A stretch of DNA of 64,000 bases, from positions 6,704-70,703 of the forward strand of contig CAYSCS010000003.1 in assembly GCA_964429695.1 (NCBI GenBank), in the 5' to 3' direction. Numbering within the stretch: the stretch's first letter is position 1; every line of letters begins with the position of its first letter. The position numbers and the translations under genes were made by a program. The notes beneath the pieces were generated by a model. That model was not told where the DNA came from. It worked only from the letters and a program-made list of their open reading frames with translations, and did not search any database. This stretch comes from an uncultured Eubacteriales bacterium (GTDB taxonomy: Bacteria; Acidobacteriota; Aminicenantia; Aminicenantales; Aminicenantaceae). Shown piece after piece: positions 10,736-20,291 of this stretch.

Positions 10736-11212
10736 ATGAAAAACAGCAAGGATAAGAACCGAATGAAAGTTCTTCTTGCCGAGGATGAAACCATTTCCTG
10801 CAAAGCCCTTGAAAAGGATATAAAAAACTGGGGGTTTGAAGTCATTGCCACTCATGACGGAAAACAGGCGTGGGATACACTGCACAAGGAAGAGATCAGT
10901 ATTGCCATCTTAGACTGGTTGATGCCTGGTATGAGTGGCATCGAGCTGTGTAAAAAAATTCGCAGGGAATATCCAAGGGATATCTACATCATTCTTTTAA
11001 CCGGGAAGGATGAAGAAGATGATATCTCTCAAGGAATTGAGGCCGGTGCTGACGATTACATGACTAAACCATTCAGCTTCCTGGACTTAAAATTAAGACT
11101 CGAAAATGCTAGAAGAGAAGTCAAGCTAAAAGGAAGCAGGAAAATATGGAAAAACACATGCCCGTTGGAGGAGATTGAGAAAGTAAATTCGGGAAATAGT
11201 AAGGCACCTTAA
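10736..11212 (+). CDS. Single-domain CheY-like response regulator.
   Basis: It contains KVLLAEDE...ILDWLMPGMSGIELCKKIR...ILLTGK, i.e. a receiver fold with its phospho-acceptor Asp and conserved Lys. Confidence 0.8.
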   Translation: MKNSKDKNRMKVLLAEDETISCKALEKDIKNWGFEVIATHDGKQAWDTLHKEEISIAILDWLMPGMSGIELCKKIRREYPRDIYIILLTGKDEEDDISQGIEAGADDYMTKPFSFLDLKLRLENARREVKLKGSRKIWKNTCPLEEIEKVNSGNSKAP

Positions 11213-11261
11213 GATGAGGCTAAAAAACTAAATCTTTTGATGAAAAGAGGAACTCATCCCC

Positions 11262-12068
11262 ATGAATGAGAAGATGATGCTTAGAGTGTTGGAAGAAATT
11301 GATAAAATCCATGGGTTTGATGCGAGGCACTACAAGCTTTCCACGCTCAAGAGACGCCTCTGCCTCCGACTCCTGGCAACTCAGACTAATTCATATGAGG
11401 AATATCTCAATTTTATAAAGAAAAACCCCTCAGAATGCGAAAAATTCCTGGAAACATTGACCATCAACGTCACAGATTTCTTCCGTGAGAAAAATGTTTT
11501 CCTCTCCCTTAAGCAAAAAATCCTTCCCGCCTTACTCGATAGTCTCTCCAGGAAAAAAAGAAAAACCCTTCGCGCTCTCTCTATCGGGTGTGCAGAGGGA
11601 CAGGAACCATATTCTCTAGCCATTATCCTGAGCGAAATCAGGGAAAAAATGGAGAGTAAAATTAAAATTTTTATCCATGCGACTGATATAAACAGGAATT
11701 GCTTGTCTCGAGCCAAGAAGGGAAGGTATGGAATGAATCAGGTTAAAAGCGTGCCTCGAACATATCTTCTCCGCTATTTTCAAAACCATAAAAATTCATT
11801 CGAAGTAAAACCGAGCATAAAAAAAATGGTTAGGTTCAAAAGGCACGACATCATAAAAGGCAATAATCTAGGGAAATTTGACCTCATTTTGTGCCGAAAT
11901 CTCTTCATCTTTTTTGAATCTGAACTTCAAGTTTTCCTCTTGCAAAAGATTCATTCTTATCTAAGAAGCAGGGGAATCCTGATTCTCGGAAGTTGCGAAT
12001 TCCCTAAGATTGAAGGTCTTTTCCGCCCTCTTTCTGCAAGAGAAAGGATTTATGAAAGGTTGAATTAA
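11262..12068 (+). CDS. cheR: CheR-type protein-glutamate O-methyltransferase.
   Basis: The CheR N-terminal helical domain is followed by a SAM-MTase domain with [21 protein letters not shown] and [13 protein letters not shown]. The stop lies 1 nt before the hybrid kinase start. Confidence 0.8.
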   Translation: MNEKMMLRVLEEIDKIHGFDARHYKLSTLKRRLCLRLLATQTNSYEEYLNFIKKNPSECEKFLETLTINVTDFFREKNVFLSLKQKILPALLDSLSRKKRKTLRALSIGCAEGQEPYSLAIILSEIREKMESKIKIFIHATDINRNCLSRAKKGRYGMNQVKSVPRTYLLRYFQNHKNSFEVKPSIKKMVRFKRHDIIKGNNLGKFDLILCRNLFIFFESELQVFLLQKIHSYLRSRGILILGSCEFPKIEGLFRPLSARERIYERLN

Positions 12069-12069
12069 A

Positions 12070-15000
12070 ATGGCTCCCATGGAAGGAAAGGGAAAGGAAA
12101 TCGTCTCCTTCGATCAACTCATCGAGACACTCGGGGAAGATATACTCTCCTTGAAAAAAATTTGTACTGATATCGAACAGACCCGGCGCAACATACATCA
12201 AAAGCATAATGAAATGCTTCTTCTCCATTCAAAACTTGAAGCCCAGGAAGAATTGAAGGCAATGAATGAAGAGCTCGAGGCAACCACAGAGGAACTTAAA
12301 GCCGCGAATGAAGAACTCCGTGTCATGAATGAGGCATTAAAAGAAGCCCAGAAAAAACTGGAGGAAGAAAAGGCTTATCTTGACCAGCTCTTTGAAAGCG
12401 CTCAGGAAGCAATCGTGATGATAGATGGCGAAGAAAGAGTGATCCGGGTCAATGGGGAATTCCTCAAAGTCTTCGGATATTCAAAAAATGAGGTGATGGG
12501 GAAAAAAATTGATGACCTTGTGGCGCCTCAAGAAAATCATGAGCAAGCGGTTTCAATCACCCGAAAAGTTGCTGGCGGAGAGAAGGTTGCCTTCGAAGCT
12601 TTAAGAAGACGTAAAGATGGGACCTTGATCAACGTCTCGGTGCTCGCCTCTCCCATCCTCATCGATAATAAGCTCCAGGCAACCTATGCCATCTACCGTG
12701 ACATCACTCAGGAGAGAAAATTCTTCGAAAAACTCAAAGAGTCGGAAAAGAGATTTCAGGACATTGCCCTCAGTTCAGGAGACTGGATCTGGGAAACCGA
12801 TAGAGAGGGACGCTTTACCTATGTCACAGGCCGGGTTAAAAACTTCCTTGGCTATGAGCCTGAAGAAGTTCTGGGAAAAAAATTCTCCGATTTCATGCCA
12901 GAGGAGGAGGCTCTTCGAGTTACTCCAATTTTTAAAAGAATCGTCTCAGAAAAAAGTCACATCGAAGATTTTGAATGCTGGTGTCTGACAAAGGAGGGAA
13001 AAAGAGGCTGCCTCCTTATCAGCGGTGTCCCCGTAGTGAATGAGAAGGGAGAGCTTTCTGGTTATCGGGGAGTCACCAAAGACATAACTGCTCAAAAGAT
13101 GATGCAAACTTATCTTCGGGAGAGCGAGGAGAAATACAGGATGGTAATCGAACAGAGCGCAGATTGTATTTATGTTATGGAGATCGAAACAAAGAAGATT
13201 CTAGACTCCAACAATTCTCTTCGAGCTCTCCTTGGATACACCCTGGAGGAAATAAAGAGACTCACCATCTACGATTTTCTCGCCCTTCCTCGAGAAGAAA
13301 TAGAAAGAGACATCGTGGAGACAAAAGCCAAGACAAAACTTCTCCTTGGAAAACGGCCCTACAAAAGGAAAGACGGAACAGTTGTGGAGGTTGAAGAAAG
13401 TTCAAGCCTGATAAACTATGGAGGGAAAGAGGCACTCTGCTTTGTGGGAAGGGACCTTTCTTTAGACTCTGTAAAAGTAAAAGAATTGATTCAGAGAGAA
13501 GCAAATAAACTCTCGACGATGATTTCAAGTTTTGAAGAAGGAATAATCTTCACTGACTCAAGAGATTCTATCGTTGAAGTCAACGAATATTTTTTAAGAC
13601 TTATAAAAAAAGAAAAGAAAGAGATAGTTGGAAAATCTTTCTGGGAGTTAGAACCGCTGCTCAGACTCCTGGAGAACGAAGAATTGAAATCTAAGATATC
13701 AAATTTTAAGGAGTCCATACCCGCACCTCCTCTTTCTCTTCAGAAATCGTTGAATGGGGTGGAGGCAATCTTCCGCTTTTATCCCATTTATCACAGGGAA
13801 TGTTACCAGGGCTTTATCTTAAAAATCACAGATGTCACCGAAATCGTAGAAGCTAAGAAGCAGGCTCAGGCCGCATCTCAAGCAAAAAGCCAATTTCTGG
13901 CAAACATGAGTCATGAAATACGCACCCCTATGAACGGGATCTTGGGTATGACTGAGCTGGCCCTCAACACAAACCTCACCCCCGAACAGAGAAAATACAT
14001 AGAAGGAATAAAATCATCCGCCGAATCTTTGATGGATATCATCAATGACATCCTCGATATCTCCAAGGTTGAAGCCAGGAAATTTGAAATCGAAAAAACG
14101 CCCTTCAATCTCCATGAACTTATTTATGAGACAGTTTCCTCTCTCTCTTACCAGGCTTACAAAAAGAAGCTTGAGCTGGCCTGTAAAATTCCTCCTGAGA
14201 TTATTAAGGAAGTAATCGGCGATCCTGTAAGATTACGTCAGGTTTTGATAAATCTTCTCTCCAATGCCATAAAATTCACTGAAAAAGGCGAAGTACTTCT
14301 AGCAGTAAAAGAAGAAGCAAAGAAACAAGATGAAGTGATGCTTCATTTTTCGGTTAGCGATACAGGCATAGGAATTCCTGAAAATAAGCTCGAGATAATT
14401 TTTGACTCCTTTGTTCAAGCGGATGGTTCCATGACCAGGAAGTTTGGAGGAACAGGCCTCGGACTCGCCATCTGCCGCCAGTTTGTTGAACTCATGGGAG
14501 GAAAAATCTGGGCTGAGAGTAAGGTTGGAGAAGGTTCAACTTTTCACTTTATCCTTCCTCTTAAAATAGGAAACCAGGCTGAAGATGAAATTCTTCCTAG
14601 TGAAGAATTTAAAGGGCTTACAGTCCTCATTGTTGACGACAGCCCCAAGAGTCGGAGCATCTTAACAGAAATTTTGAAGAGCTGGAAAATGAAACCCACA
14701 GAAGCAGATTCAGGAGAGGAAGCGAGGGCCTTGATCGAAAGAGCAAAAAGCGCGGGCAACCCCTTTTCTATGGCAATCATCGACGCCTATATGCCTGGGA
14801 TGGACAGTTTCATCATTGCCCAAGAACTCAAGCATCACTCTGAGCTTGCCAAATCAACGATAATCATGCTCAGTGCTGCAGAGAATAAAAACGATGCCTC
14901 TCCTTGGCAAAGATTAGGAATAACTTCCTTCATCACCAAGCCCATAAACCAGAAAATCCTGTACAGGGAAATGCTCAAGATTGTTGGAAATAAAAAGGAA

Positions 15001-15450
15001 GAAGACTCAAGAATCCCTGAAATTTCAACACCTCAACATGCCCCCTCCCGCGAGTGTTACAGAATCCTCCTTGCTGAAGATAATATCATCAACCAAAAAG
15101 TTGCTTTCTACATGCTTGAAAAACTTGGGCATCAAGTCAAAGCCGCCCACAATGGCGAGGAAGCAATTTCTGCCTTGGAAAAAAACATCTTTGATTTAAT
15201 CTTGATGGACGTTCAGATGCCCAAAATGGATGGCTTTGAAGCCACAGCTATTATCAGGGAAAAGGAAGCAAAAACCGGTAAGCATATTCCTATCATTGCC
15301 ATGACAGCTCATGCCATGAAAGGGGATCGAGAAAAATGTTTGGAAGCTGGAATGGATGATTACATCTCCAAACCTCTCAACTCAGACGAGCTCTCCAGGA
15401 CTATAGAAAGAGTGATGAGGAAGTTCAAAGAAAACCAAAAAAATCGATAG
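12070..15450 (+). CDS. Hybrid sensor histidine kinase with five parts: a coiled coil with NEEL repeats, three PAS/PAC domains, HisKA, HATPase_c and two receiver domains.
   Basis: The N-terminal coiled coil reads [34 protein letters not shown]-like blocks follow. The H-box is [21 protein letters not shown], and the ATPase part shows DTGIGIP and [10 protein letters not shown]. The two receivers are [10 protein letters not shown]...[10 protein letters not shown] and [12 protein letters not shown]...[12 protein letters not shown]. Confidence 0.9.
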   Translation: MAPMEGKGKEIVSFDQLIETLGEDILSLKKICTDIEQTRRNIHQKHNEMLLLHSKLEAQEELKAMNEELEATTEELKAANEELRVMNEALKEAQKKLEEEKAYLDQLFESAQEAIVMIDGEERVIRVNGEFLKVFGYSKNEVMGKKIDDLVAPQENHEQAVSITRKVAGGEKVAFEALRRRKDGTLINVSVLASPILIDNKLQATYAIYRDITQERKFFEKLKESEKRFQDIALSSGDWIWETDREGRFTYVTGRVKNFLGYEPEEVLGKKFSDFMPEEEALRVTPIFKRIVSEKSHIEDFECWCLTKEGKRGCLLISGVPVVNEKGELSGYRGVTKDITAQKMMQTYLRESEEKYRMVIEQSADCIYVMEIETKKILDSNNSLRALLGYTLEEIKRLTIYDFLALPREEIERDIVETKAKTKLLLGKRPYKRKDGTVVEVEESSSLINYGGKEALCFVGRDLSLDSVKVKELIQREANKLSTMISSFEEGIIFTDSRDSIVEVNEYFLRLIKKEKKEIVGKSFWELEPLLRLLENEELKSKISNFKESIPAPPLSLQKSLNGVEAIFRFYPIYHRECYQGFILKITDVTEIVEAKKQAQAASQAKSQFLANMSHEIRTPMNGILGMTELALNTNLTPEQRKYIEGIKSSAESLMDIINDILDISKVEARKFEIEKTPFNLHELIYETVSSLSYQAYKKKLELACKIPPEIIKEVIGDPVRLRQVLINLLSNAIKFTEKGEVLLAVKEEAKKQDEVMLHFSVSDTGIGIPENKLEIIFDSFVQADGSMTRKFGGTGLGLAICRQFVELMGGKIWAESKVGEGSTFHFILPLKIGNQAEDEILPSEEFKGLTVLIVDDSPKSRSILTEILKSWKMKPTEADSGEEARALIERAKSAGNPFSMAIIDAYMPGMDSFIIAQELKHHSELAKSTIIMLSAAENKNDASPWQRLGITSFITKPINQKILYREMLKIVGNKKEEDSRIPEISTPQHAPSRECYRILLAEDNIINQKVAFYMLEKLGHQVKAAHNGEEAISALEKNIFDLILMDVQMPKMDGFEATAIIREKEAKTGKHIPIIAMTAHAMKGDREKCLEAGMDDYISKPLNSDELSRTIERVMRKFKENQKNR

Positions 15451-15455
15451 AAAAC

Positions 15456-16376
15456 ATGAAGCACTCAAACCTTAAAATTCTCATCGCAGACGATGACATC
15501 GTTTCTCGTAAAATGCTGGAAAAGGCTCTCAAAGATTGTGGATATAAATTAGTCATCACTCGGAATGGAGAGGCAGCCTGGGAGGCCCTTATTGAAGACA
15601 AAGACATTCAATTGATAATTCTTGATTGGATGATGCCCAAAATTGATGGAATTGAACTATGCCGCAAGATACGTAATTTGAACAAGGATAAAAATACGTA
15701 TACCTACATCATCCTCCTCACCTCTAAGGACACGCCAGAAGATGTGCTCAAGGGCCTTTCTTCGGGAGCAGATGATTATATAACCAAGCCCTTCCATCAT
15801 CTTGAGTTAAAGGCTCGCTTGAATACGGGTATCAGAATCATCGAACTTCACAATAGGCTTACCCAAGACAGTCTCACCAAACTTCCCAACAGAAATAAAA
15901 TAATTCAACACCTGGATGAAGAGTTAAATAGAAGCTTGAGGGAAAAAAAGCCAGTGGGGGTGATAATGGCTGATATAGATAATTTTAAGATGATTAACGA
16001 TACCTATGGCCATCAGGTTGGAGATGAGGTGTTGATTGAAATTGCTTCTCGTCTTCAAAGAAATCTTCGGCGTTATGATAAAATTGGACGTTACGCAGGT
16101 GACGAATTGCTGATTGTCATCCCCAACTGCAAACATTCAAACCTCAAAGGTATCGCTGAAAGGTTAAGGAAAAATGTCAGCGACAATAAAATAACCACAG
16201 GTGCTGGTCTGCTTGAAGTTACGCTAAGTTTAGGGTGTGCTTCATCTGAGCATTTCCCTTTCATTTCCACCGGGGAACTCATCAAAGCCAGCGACGAAGC
16301 CCTGTACATGGCAAAAAGAAACGGTCGCAACTGTGTAATCGTGAGTAAAATAAGTACTTCTAAAATAGAGGATTAA
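15456..16376 (+). CDS. Response regulator with a GGDEF domain whose A-site is degenerate (AGDEL) and whose RxxD I-site is intact.
   Basis: The receiver domain reads KILIADDD...ILDWMMPKIDG. The GGDEF domain contains RRYDKIGRYAGDELLIVIP. Confidence 0.85.
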   Translation: MKHSNLKILIADDDIVSRKMLEKALKDCGYKLVITRNGEAAWEALIEDKDIQLIILDWMMPKIDGIELCRKIRNLNKDKNTYTYIILLTSKDTPEDVLKGLSSGADDYITKPFHHLELKARLNTGIRIIELHNRLTQDSLTKLPNRNKIIQHLDEELNRSLREKKPVGVIMADIDNFKMINDTYGHQVGDEVLIEIASRLQRNLRRYDKIGRYAGDELLIVIPNCKHSNLKGIAERLRKNVSDNKITTGAGLLEVTLSLGCASSEHFPFISTGELIKASDEALYMAKRNGRNCVIVSKISTSKIED

Positions 16377-16377
16377 A

Positions 16378-16725
16378 ATGAATGAAAATGATTATTCGAA
16401 AAAAGATGCCCCCATTGATTTTTCCTCAGCCCTGGAAAGAACAGGAGGGGATAGGTCCTTTCTCATGGAACTCATCAATCTTTATCTAGATGATTTCAAG
16501 CAGAAATTTGAGGAGTTACAGAAAGCAATTACTGAGGGAAATTTCTCCTCAATCCAGGAACTCGGGCACAGCCTCAAAGGAGCTTCTGCAAACTTAAGCA
16601 TGCCATATTTGCAAATTGCTTCTCATACTATGGAGCTCGCGGGAAAAGAGAAAAACATAGAAAAAGCCCAAAAGACACTCCAGCTTTTGGAACAAGAATT
16701 TAAAAGATTGAATGACTTCCTCTGA
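16378..16725 (+). CDS. Hpt (histidine phosphotransfer) domain protein.
   Basis: It is 115 aa with an HSLKGASANLSM motif, which I read as the HxxKG phospho-His signature. Confidence 0.7.
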   Translation: MNENDYSKKDAPIDFSSALERTGGDRSFLMELINLYLDDFKQKFEELQKAITEGNFSSIQELGHSLKGASANLSMPYLQIASHTMELAGKEKNIEKAQKTLQLLEQEFKRLNDFL

Positions 16726-17098
16726 TTCATTCTGGTGCGCTAAAGAAATGATGAAAAGGGAAAAAACAAGAAAAGAGAAAGTATCAAAGAATCGAGTTTC
16801 CTCTATAAATGAATTGATTCCGCTTTACCTCGAAAATGTCCACCTTTATCTTGTCACCCTAAGGCGTGCTCTTGATGAAGAAAATTTTGACGAAATCGAA
16901 AATATAGGTCACAAGATGAAAGGCTCGGGAAAAAGCTTCGGTTTTGAGAGAATCTCAGAATTGGGAAAAGAAATTGAGGAACGTTCCAGAGAAAAAAATA
17001 AAAATACACTCAGAAAGCTGGCCAAAAGTATGGAGGATTATCTTTCTGATGTGTATCCGCCGCTTAAATCTTCAGATGAGAACAGAAAAACGATTTGA
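16712..17098 (+). CDS. Second Hpt domain protein.
   Basis: The Hpt motif GHKMKGSGKSFGF is present. It sits in tandem with the first Hpt gene, with a 14-nt overlap. Confidence 0.65.
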   Translation: MTSSDSFWCAKEMMKREKTRKEKVSKNRVSSINELIPLYLENVHLYLVTLRRALDEENFDEIENIGHKMKGSGKSFGFERISELGKEIEERSREKNKNTLRKLAKSMEDYLSDVYPPLKSSDENRKTI

Positions 17099-17120
17099 AT
17101 CGTTTTAAATCATAAGTTCG

Positions 17121-17143
17121 CCTCTCCTCAAAAAGAGGAAGAG
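17121..17143. terminator. Candidate bidirectional terminator hairpin between two convergent genes.
   Basis: CCTCTCCTC-AAAAA-GAGGAAGAG is an imperfect inverted repeat lying between the end of the Hpt gene and the end of the minus-strand secreted-protein gene. Confidence 0.3.
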
Positions 17144-17165
17144 TAATTAGCTTTGAAACAGAAAT

Positions 17166-18092
17166 TTACCTCTCGAGAGATTGAATAAGCAGGTTAAGAT
17201 ATCCCTCACCTATTTCTTCAAATCCATCTCTTATTTTCAGGATCCCGCAGAGATAATTCCCTACCTTGGCAAGAAAGATGTTATGGTAATAACGGTCTTT
17301 TATGAGCCATATAGACTCTCTTTCTTCAACCGAGTGATTGTTCTTAGCTTCAAGGTACATTTTGAGCATTCGCTGTGCATCCTCTTCATCCTCCCCTTCG
17401 ATTATAAAACAATCAAATTCCAACAAATCCAGCTTATAGTTTACAAGATACCCATTTTTGAGAAATGCATAGCCTAAAAAATTTTTTAAAACGAACTTTT
17501 CGCTATTGGCAACCCTTCCTTCTTGAGGAAAAAAACTGAGGAGAGAAGGAAGTTTACCCTTTTCTTCTACCTTTTCGATGATCCGATGGGCAAAGGTTTT
17601 CAAATTATCTTCAACCTCTTCCTTAGCTTCGAAACAAAGGAGCTTGACATAATATTCTCCGATGATGAAATTTAAAGTCCCCTCTTCAAGATAGCCATGA
17701 TTTCCTACAGATAGGAATTTGCTCTCAGGATATCTCTCTGCACTGTATATTCCGAAGGCATTCTTTTCATTCCCCATATCATATATTTCAATCAAAAGGC
17801 TTGTTTCTTCTTCATCTGCATACTGTACGACGATTAACTCTTCAAAATCATAGGCTAAATATGCCTCTGCAGCTCCATCAAGGTATTCAAAAAGATCTTC
17901 TGGATAATAAATCCGAGGTTTCACAGACATTTTCCATCCTTCCACAACGGGTAACAACTCATGGAGGTTAGAGGGTTTCTTTTCCCCATTTCCTGCCTGT
18001 ACCATGGGTAAGCAGAGGCTCTCCATAACTAGGATGAAAATCGTTATTTTCTTTATTTTCATCTTTAATCTCTCTCCAAGATTAGGCTTCAA
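17166..18092 (-). CDS. Secreted hypothetical protein.
   Basis: It has an N-terminal signal peptide, MKIKKITIFILVMESLCLPMVQA. The mature part is acidic with no motif I recognise. Confidence 0.5.
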   Translation of the reverse strand: MKPNLGERLKMKIKKITIFILVMESLCLPMVQAGNGEKKPSNLHELLPVVEGWKMSVKPRIYYPEDLFEYLDGAAEAYLAYDFEELIVVQYADEEETSLLIEIYDMGNEKNAFGIYSAERYPESKFLSVGNHGYLEEGTLNFIIGEYYVKLLCFEAKEEVEDNLKTFAHRIIEKVEEKGKLPSLLSFFPQEGRVANSEKFVLKNFLGYAFLKNGYLVNYKLDLLEFDCFIIEGEDEEDAQRMLKMYLEAKNNHSVEERESIWLIKDRYYHNIFLAKVGNYLCGILKIRDGFEEIGEGYLNLLIQSLER

Positions 18093-18171
18093 CTATAAAG
18101 CATAATGTTTATTTTAGCAAGAGGTACCGATATTGACTTAAACTCGGAAGGATAGTAACTTAAGAAAAAGG

Positions 18172-19065
18172 ATGAAATCAAAAGTCATTATACTCAGAAC
18201 AAACAAGTTACGGAATCAAAACGGAAACATAGATTTTAATCGAGTTTTAGAAGCATACCGAAAAGGATTTCAGAGACTCACCAATTTTAATCGCATCAAA
18301 GATGCCCTGGAGAGCCTCTTCCCTTCCAACGAGAAAATAGGGATTAAAGTCAACACTATTGGAGGAAGAAGCCTTTCTACCCTACCCGAAGTATCTTTTC
18401 CCTTGGGGAAGGCTCTCACGGAGGGGAAAATAAAAGAGGAAAACATCGTCATTTGGGACCGAACAGAAAGAGAGCTAAAAGAGGCGGGATATCGACTCAA
18501 CATGAATCGAAATGAAATCAAAGTCCTCGCTACAGACTCTCCTGGGGTGAATTATGAGCACGAACTAATTGCTCATTTGAACATAGGTAGCCTGTTTTCC
18601 TCGATTCAGACGCGCTGGATTAATTCCTCAATCAGCCTTGCTCTTTTAAAAGATCATGGACTTGCCGGAGTCACAGCAGGGATGAAAAACTATTTCGGTG
18701 CCATCCATAATCCCAACAAATACCACGACTCAAACTGCAACCCCTTTGTAGCCGAACTATTCGATACAGAGCCAATCAAAAAGAAACACAAAATCACAAT
18801 TCTTGACTGCACGCTTGTTCAGTTCCATAAGGGTCCTGCATACCATTCGCGGTGGGCAAAAAAATATGACTCTTTTGTTTTCAGCCTCGACCCTGTGGCA
18901 GCTGATTTCATAGGCTGGAAAATAATAGAAGAATTGAGGGCAAAAAGTGGGCTTCCTTCTCTAGAAGAAGAAAAGAGGGCTCCTCTTTACCTCTATGCTG
19001 CCGAAAGAATGGGTCTGGGAAAGGCAAATCTCAACATGATAGAAATCATAGAAGAGGAAATATGA
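18172..19065 (+). CDS. DUF362-like protein.
   Basis: A KIGIKVNTIGG block, analogous to the KPN motif, and LKDHGLAGVTAGMKNYFG resemble the DUF362 family as I remember it. Confidence is moderate. Confidence 0.45.
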   Translation: MKSKVIILRTNKLRNQNGNIDFNRVLEAYRKGFQRLTNFNRIKDALESLFPSNEKIGIKVNTIGGRSLSTLPEVSFPLGKALTEGKIKEENIVIWDRTERELKEAGYRLNMNRNEIKVLATDSPGVNYEHELIAHLNIGSLFSSIQTRWINSSISLALLKDHGLAGVTAGMKNYFGAIHNPNKYHDSNCNPFVAELFDTEPIKKKHKITILDCTLVQFHKGPAYHSRWAKKYDSFVFSLDPVAADFIGWKIIEELRAKSGLPSLEEEKRAPLYLYAAERMGLGKANLNMIEIIEEEI

Positions 19066-19124
19066 AAAAGAATACGTATCAAAAAAATCCAATCATCTGC
19101 CGTGCTCCGTCATTATAGGGTGAA

Positions 19125-20246
19125 ATGAAGAGAAGGGAATTTTTTAATTCAATCGGAGGGGCAATTCTTGCCTCCAAATTAAAAATTTCTTTTTCTCGCG
19201 ATGGGTTTTATGGCCTTTCTGGACAAGAAAATCTTTCTAAAGTTGAGGCCCGTTACTATAAGAAGCTAGCAGATAGAGAAATCGAGTGTCTCCTCTGCCC
19301 TCGGTATTGCAAGTTGGGTGATAGAGAGAGAGGATATTGCGGAGTCAGGGAAAACAACGATGGCATCTATTATACTCTTGTCTATGGAAAGGCATGTGCA
19401 ATCCATATCGACCCCATCGAAAAAAAACCTCTGTTCCATTACCTACCAGGTAGTCAAGCCCTTTCCATCGCTACGGCTGGATGCAACGTGAATTGCAAGT
19501 TCTGCCAGAACTGGGAAATTTCTCAGGTAAGGCCTGAACAGGTTCGACACTATGATTTCCCTCCCGAGATGGTGGTCGAATACTCCCGACAGCAGAGTTG
19601 CCCGATAATAGCCTATACCTATACGGAGCCTGTTGTTTTTTACGAGTACATGTATGACACCTCTCTCTCAGCAAGAAAAGCAAACTTAAAAAGTGTGGTA
19701 ATCACTGGAGGTCATATCAATCCTGAACCCCTCGAAGAGCTGACCAAGGTCGTGGATGGGATCAAAATCGACCTTAAATCTTTCTCCGAGAATTTTTACC
19801 ACAACTATGTTAGAGGAGAGCTGAAACCTGTCCTGGAAGCGATAAAAATCGTTCATAGAAGTAAAGCCTGGCTGGAAATTGTGTATCTCGTCATTCCTAC
19901 CTTGAACGACAGCCCTTCTGAAATCCGCTCACTCAGTCGCTGGATGATGAAAGAAGTGGGGCCTGATGTGCCAATCCATTTTTCAAGATTTCATCCAATG
20001 TATCTCATAAAAAACCTTCCCCCTACTCCAGTTTCAACTCTCGAAAAGGCAAGAAAGATTGCTTTCGAAGAAGGACTTCACTACGTCTACATTGGAAATG
20101 TTCCAGGTCACGAAGGAGAAAGTACGTTCTGCCCGAAGTGCCAGAATAAAGTTGTGGAAAGATATGGATTTCAGGTAAAAAAGATTAACCTCAAAAGAGG
20201 GAATTGTAATCGCTGCGGTAATCCGATTCCCGGAATCTGGGTTTAA
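19125..20246 (+). CDS. AmmeMemoRadiSam-system-type radical SAM enzyme (PFL-activase-like) with an N-terminal twin-arginine-like signal.
   Basis: An N-terminal CLLCPRYCKLGDRERGYCGVR Cys cluster is followed by the radical SAM CX3CX2C motif in TAGCNVNCKFCQNW. A C-terminal CPKCQ...CNRCGNP zinc ribbon closes the protein. The N-terminus MKRREFFNSIGGAILAS resembles a Tat signal. Confidence 0.85.
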   Translation: MKRREFFNSIGGAILASKLKISFSRDGFYGLSGQENLSKVEARYYKKLADREIECLLCPRYCKLGDRERGYCGVRENNDGIYYTLVYGKACAIHIDPIEKKPLFHYLPGSQALSIATAGCNVNCKFCQNWEISQVRPEQVRHYDFPPEMVVEYSRQQSCPIIAYTYTEPVVFYEYMYDTSLSARKANLKSVVITGGHINPEPLEELTKVVDGIKIDLKSFSENFYHNYVRGELKPVLEAIKIVHRSKAWLEIVYLVIPTLNDSPSEIRSLSRWMMKEVGPDVPIHFSRFHPMYLIKNLPPTPVSTLEKARKIAFEEGLHYVYIGNVPGHEGESTFCPKCQNKVVERYGFQVKKINLKRGNCNRCGNPIPGIWV

Positions 20247-20291
20247 TTCTTAAAAGATAAAGGAGATATAGTTTCAGTCTCAAAGGTCAAG

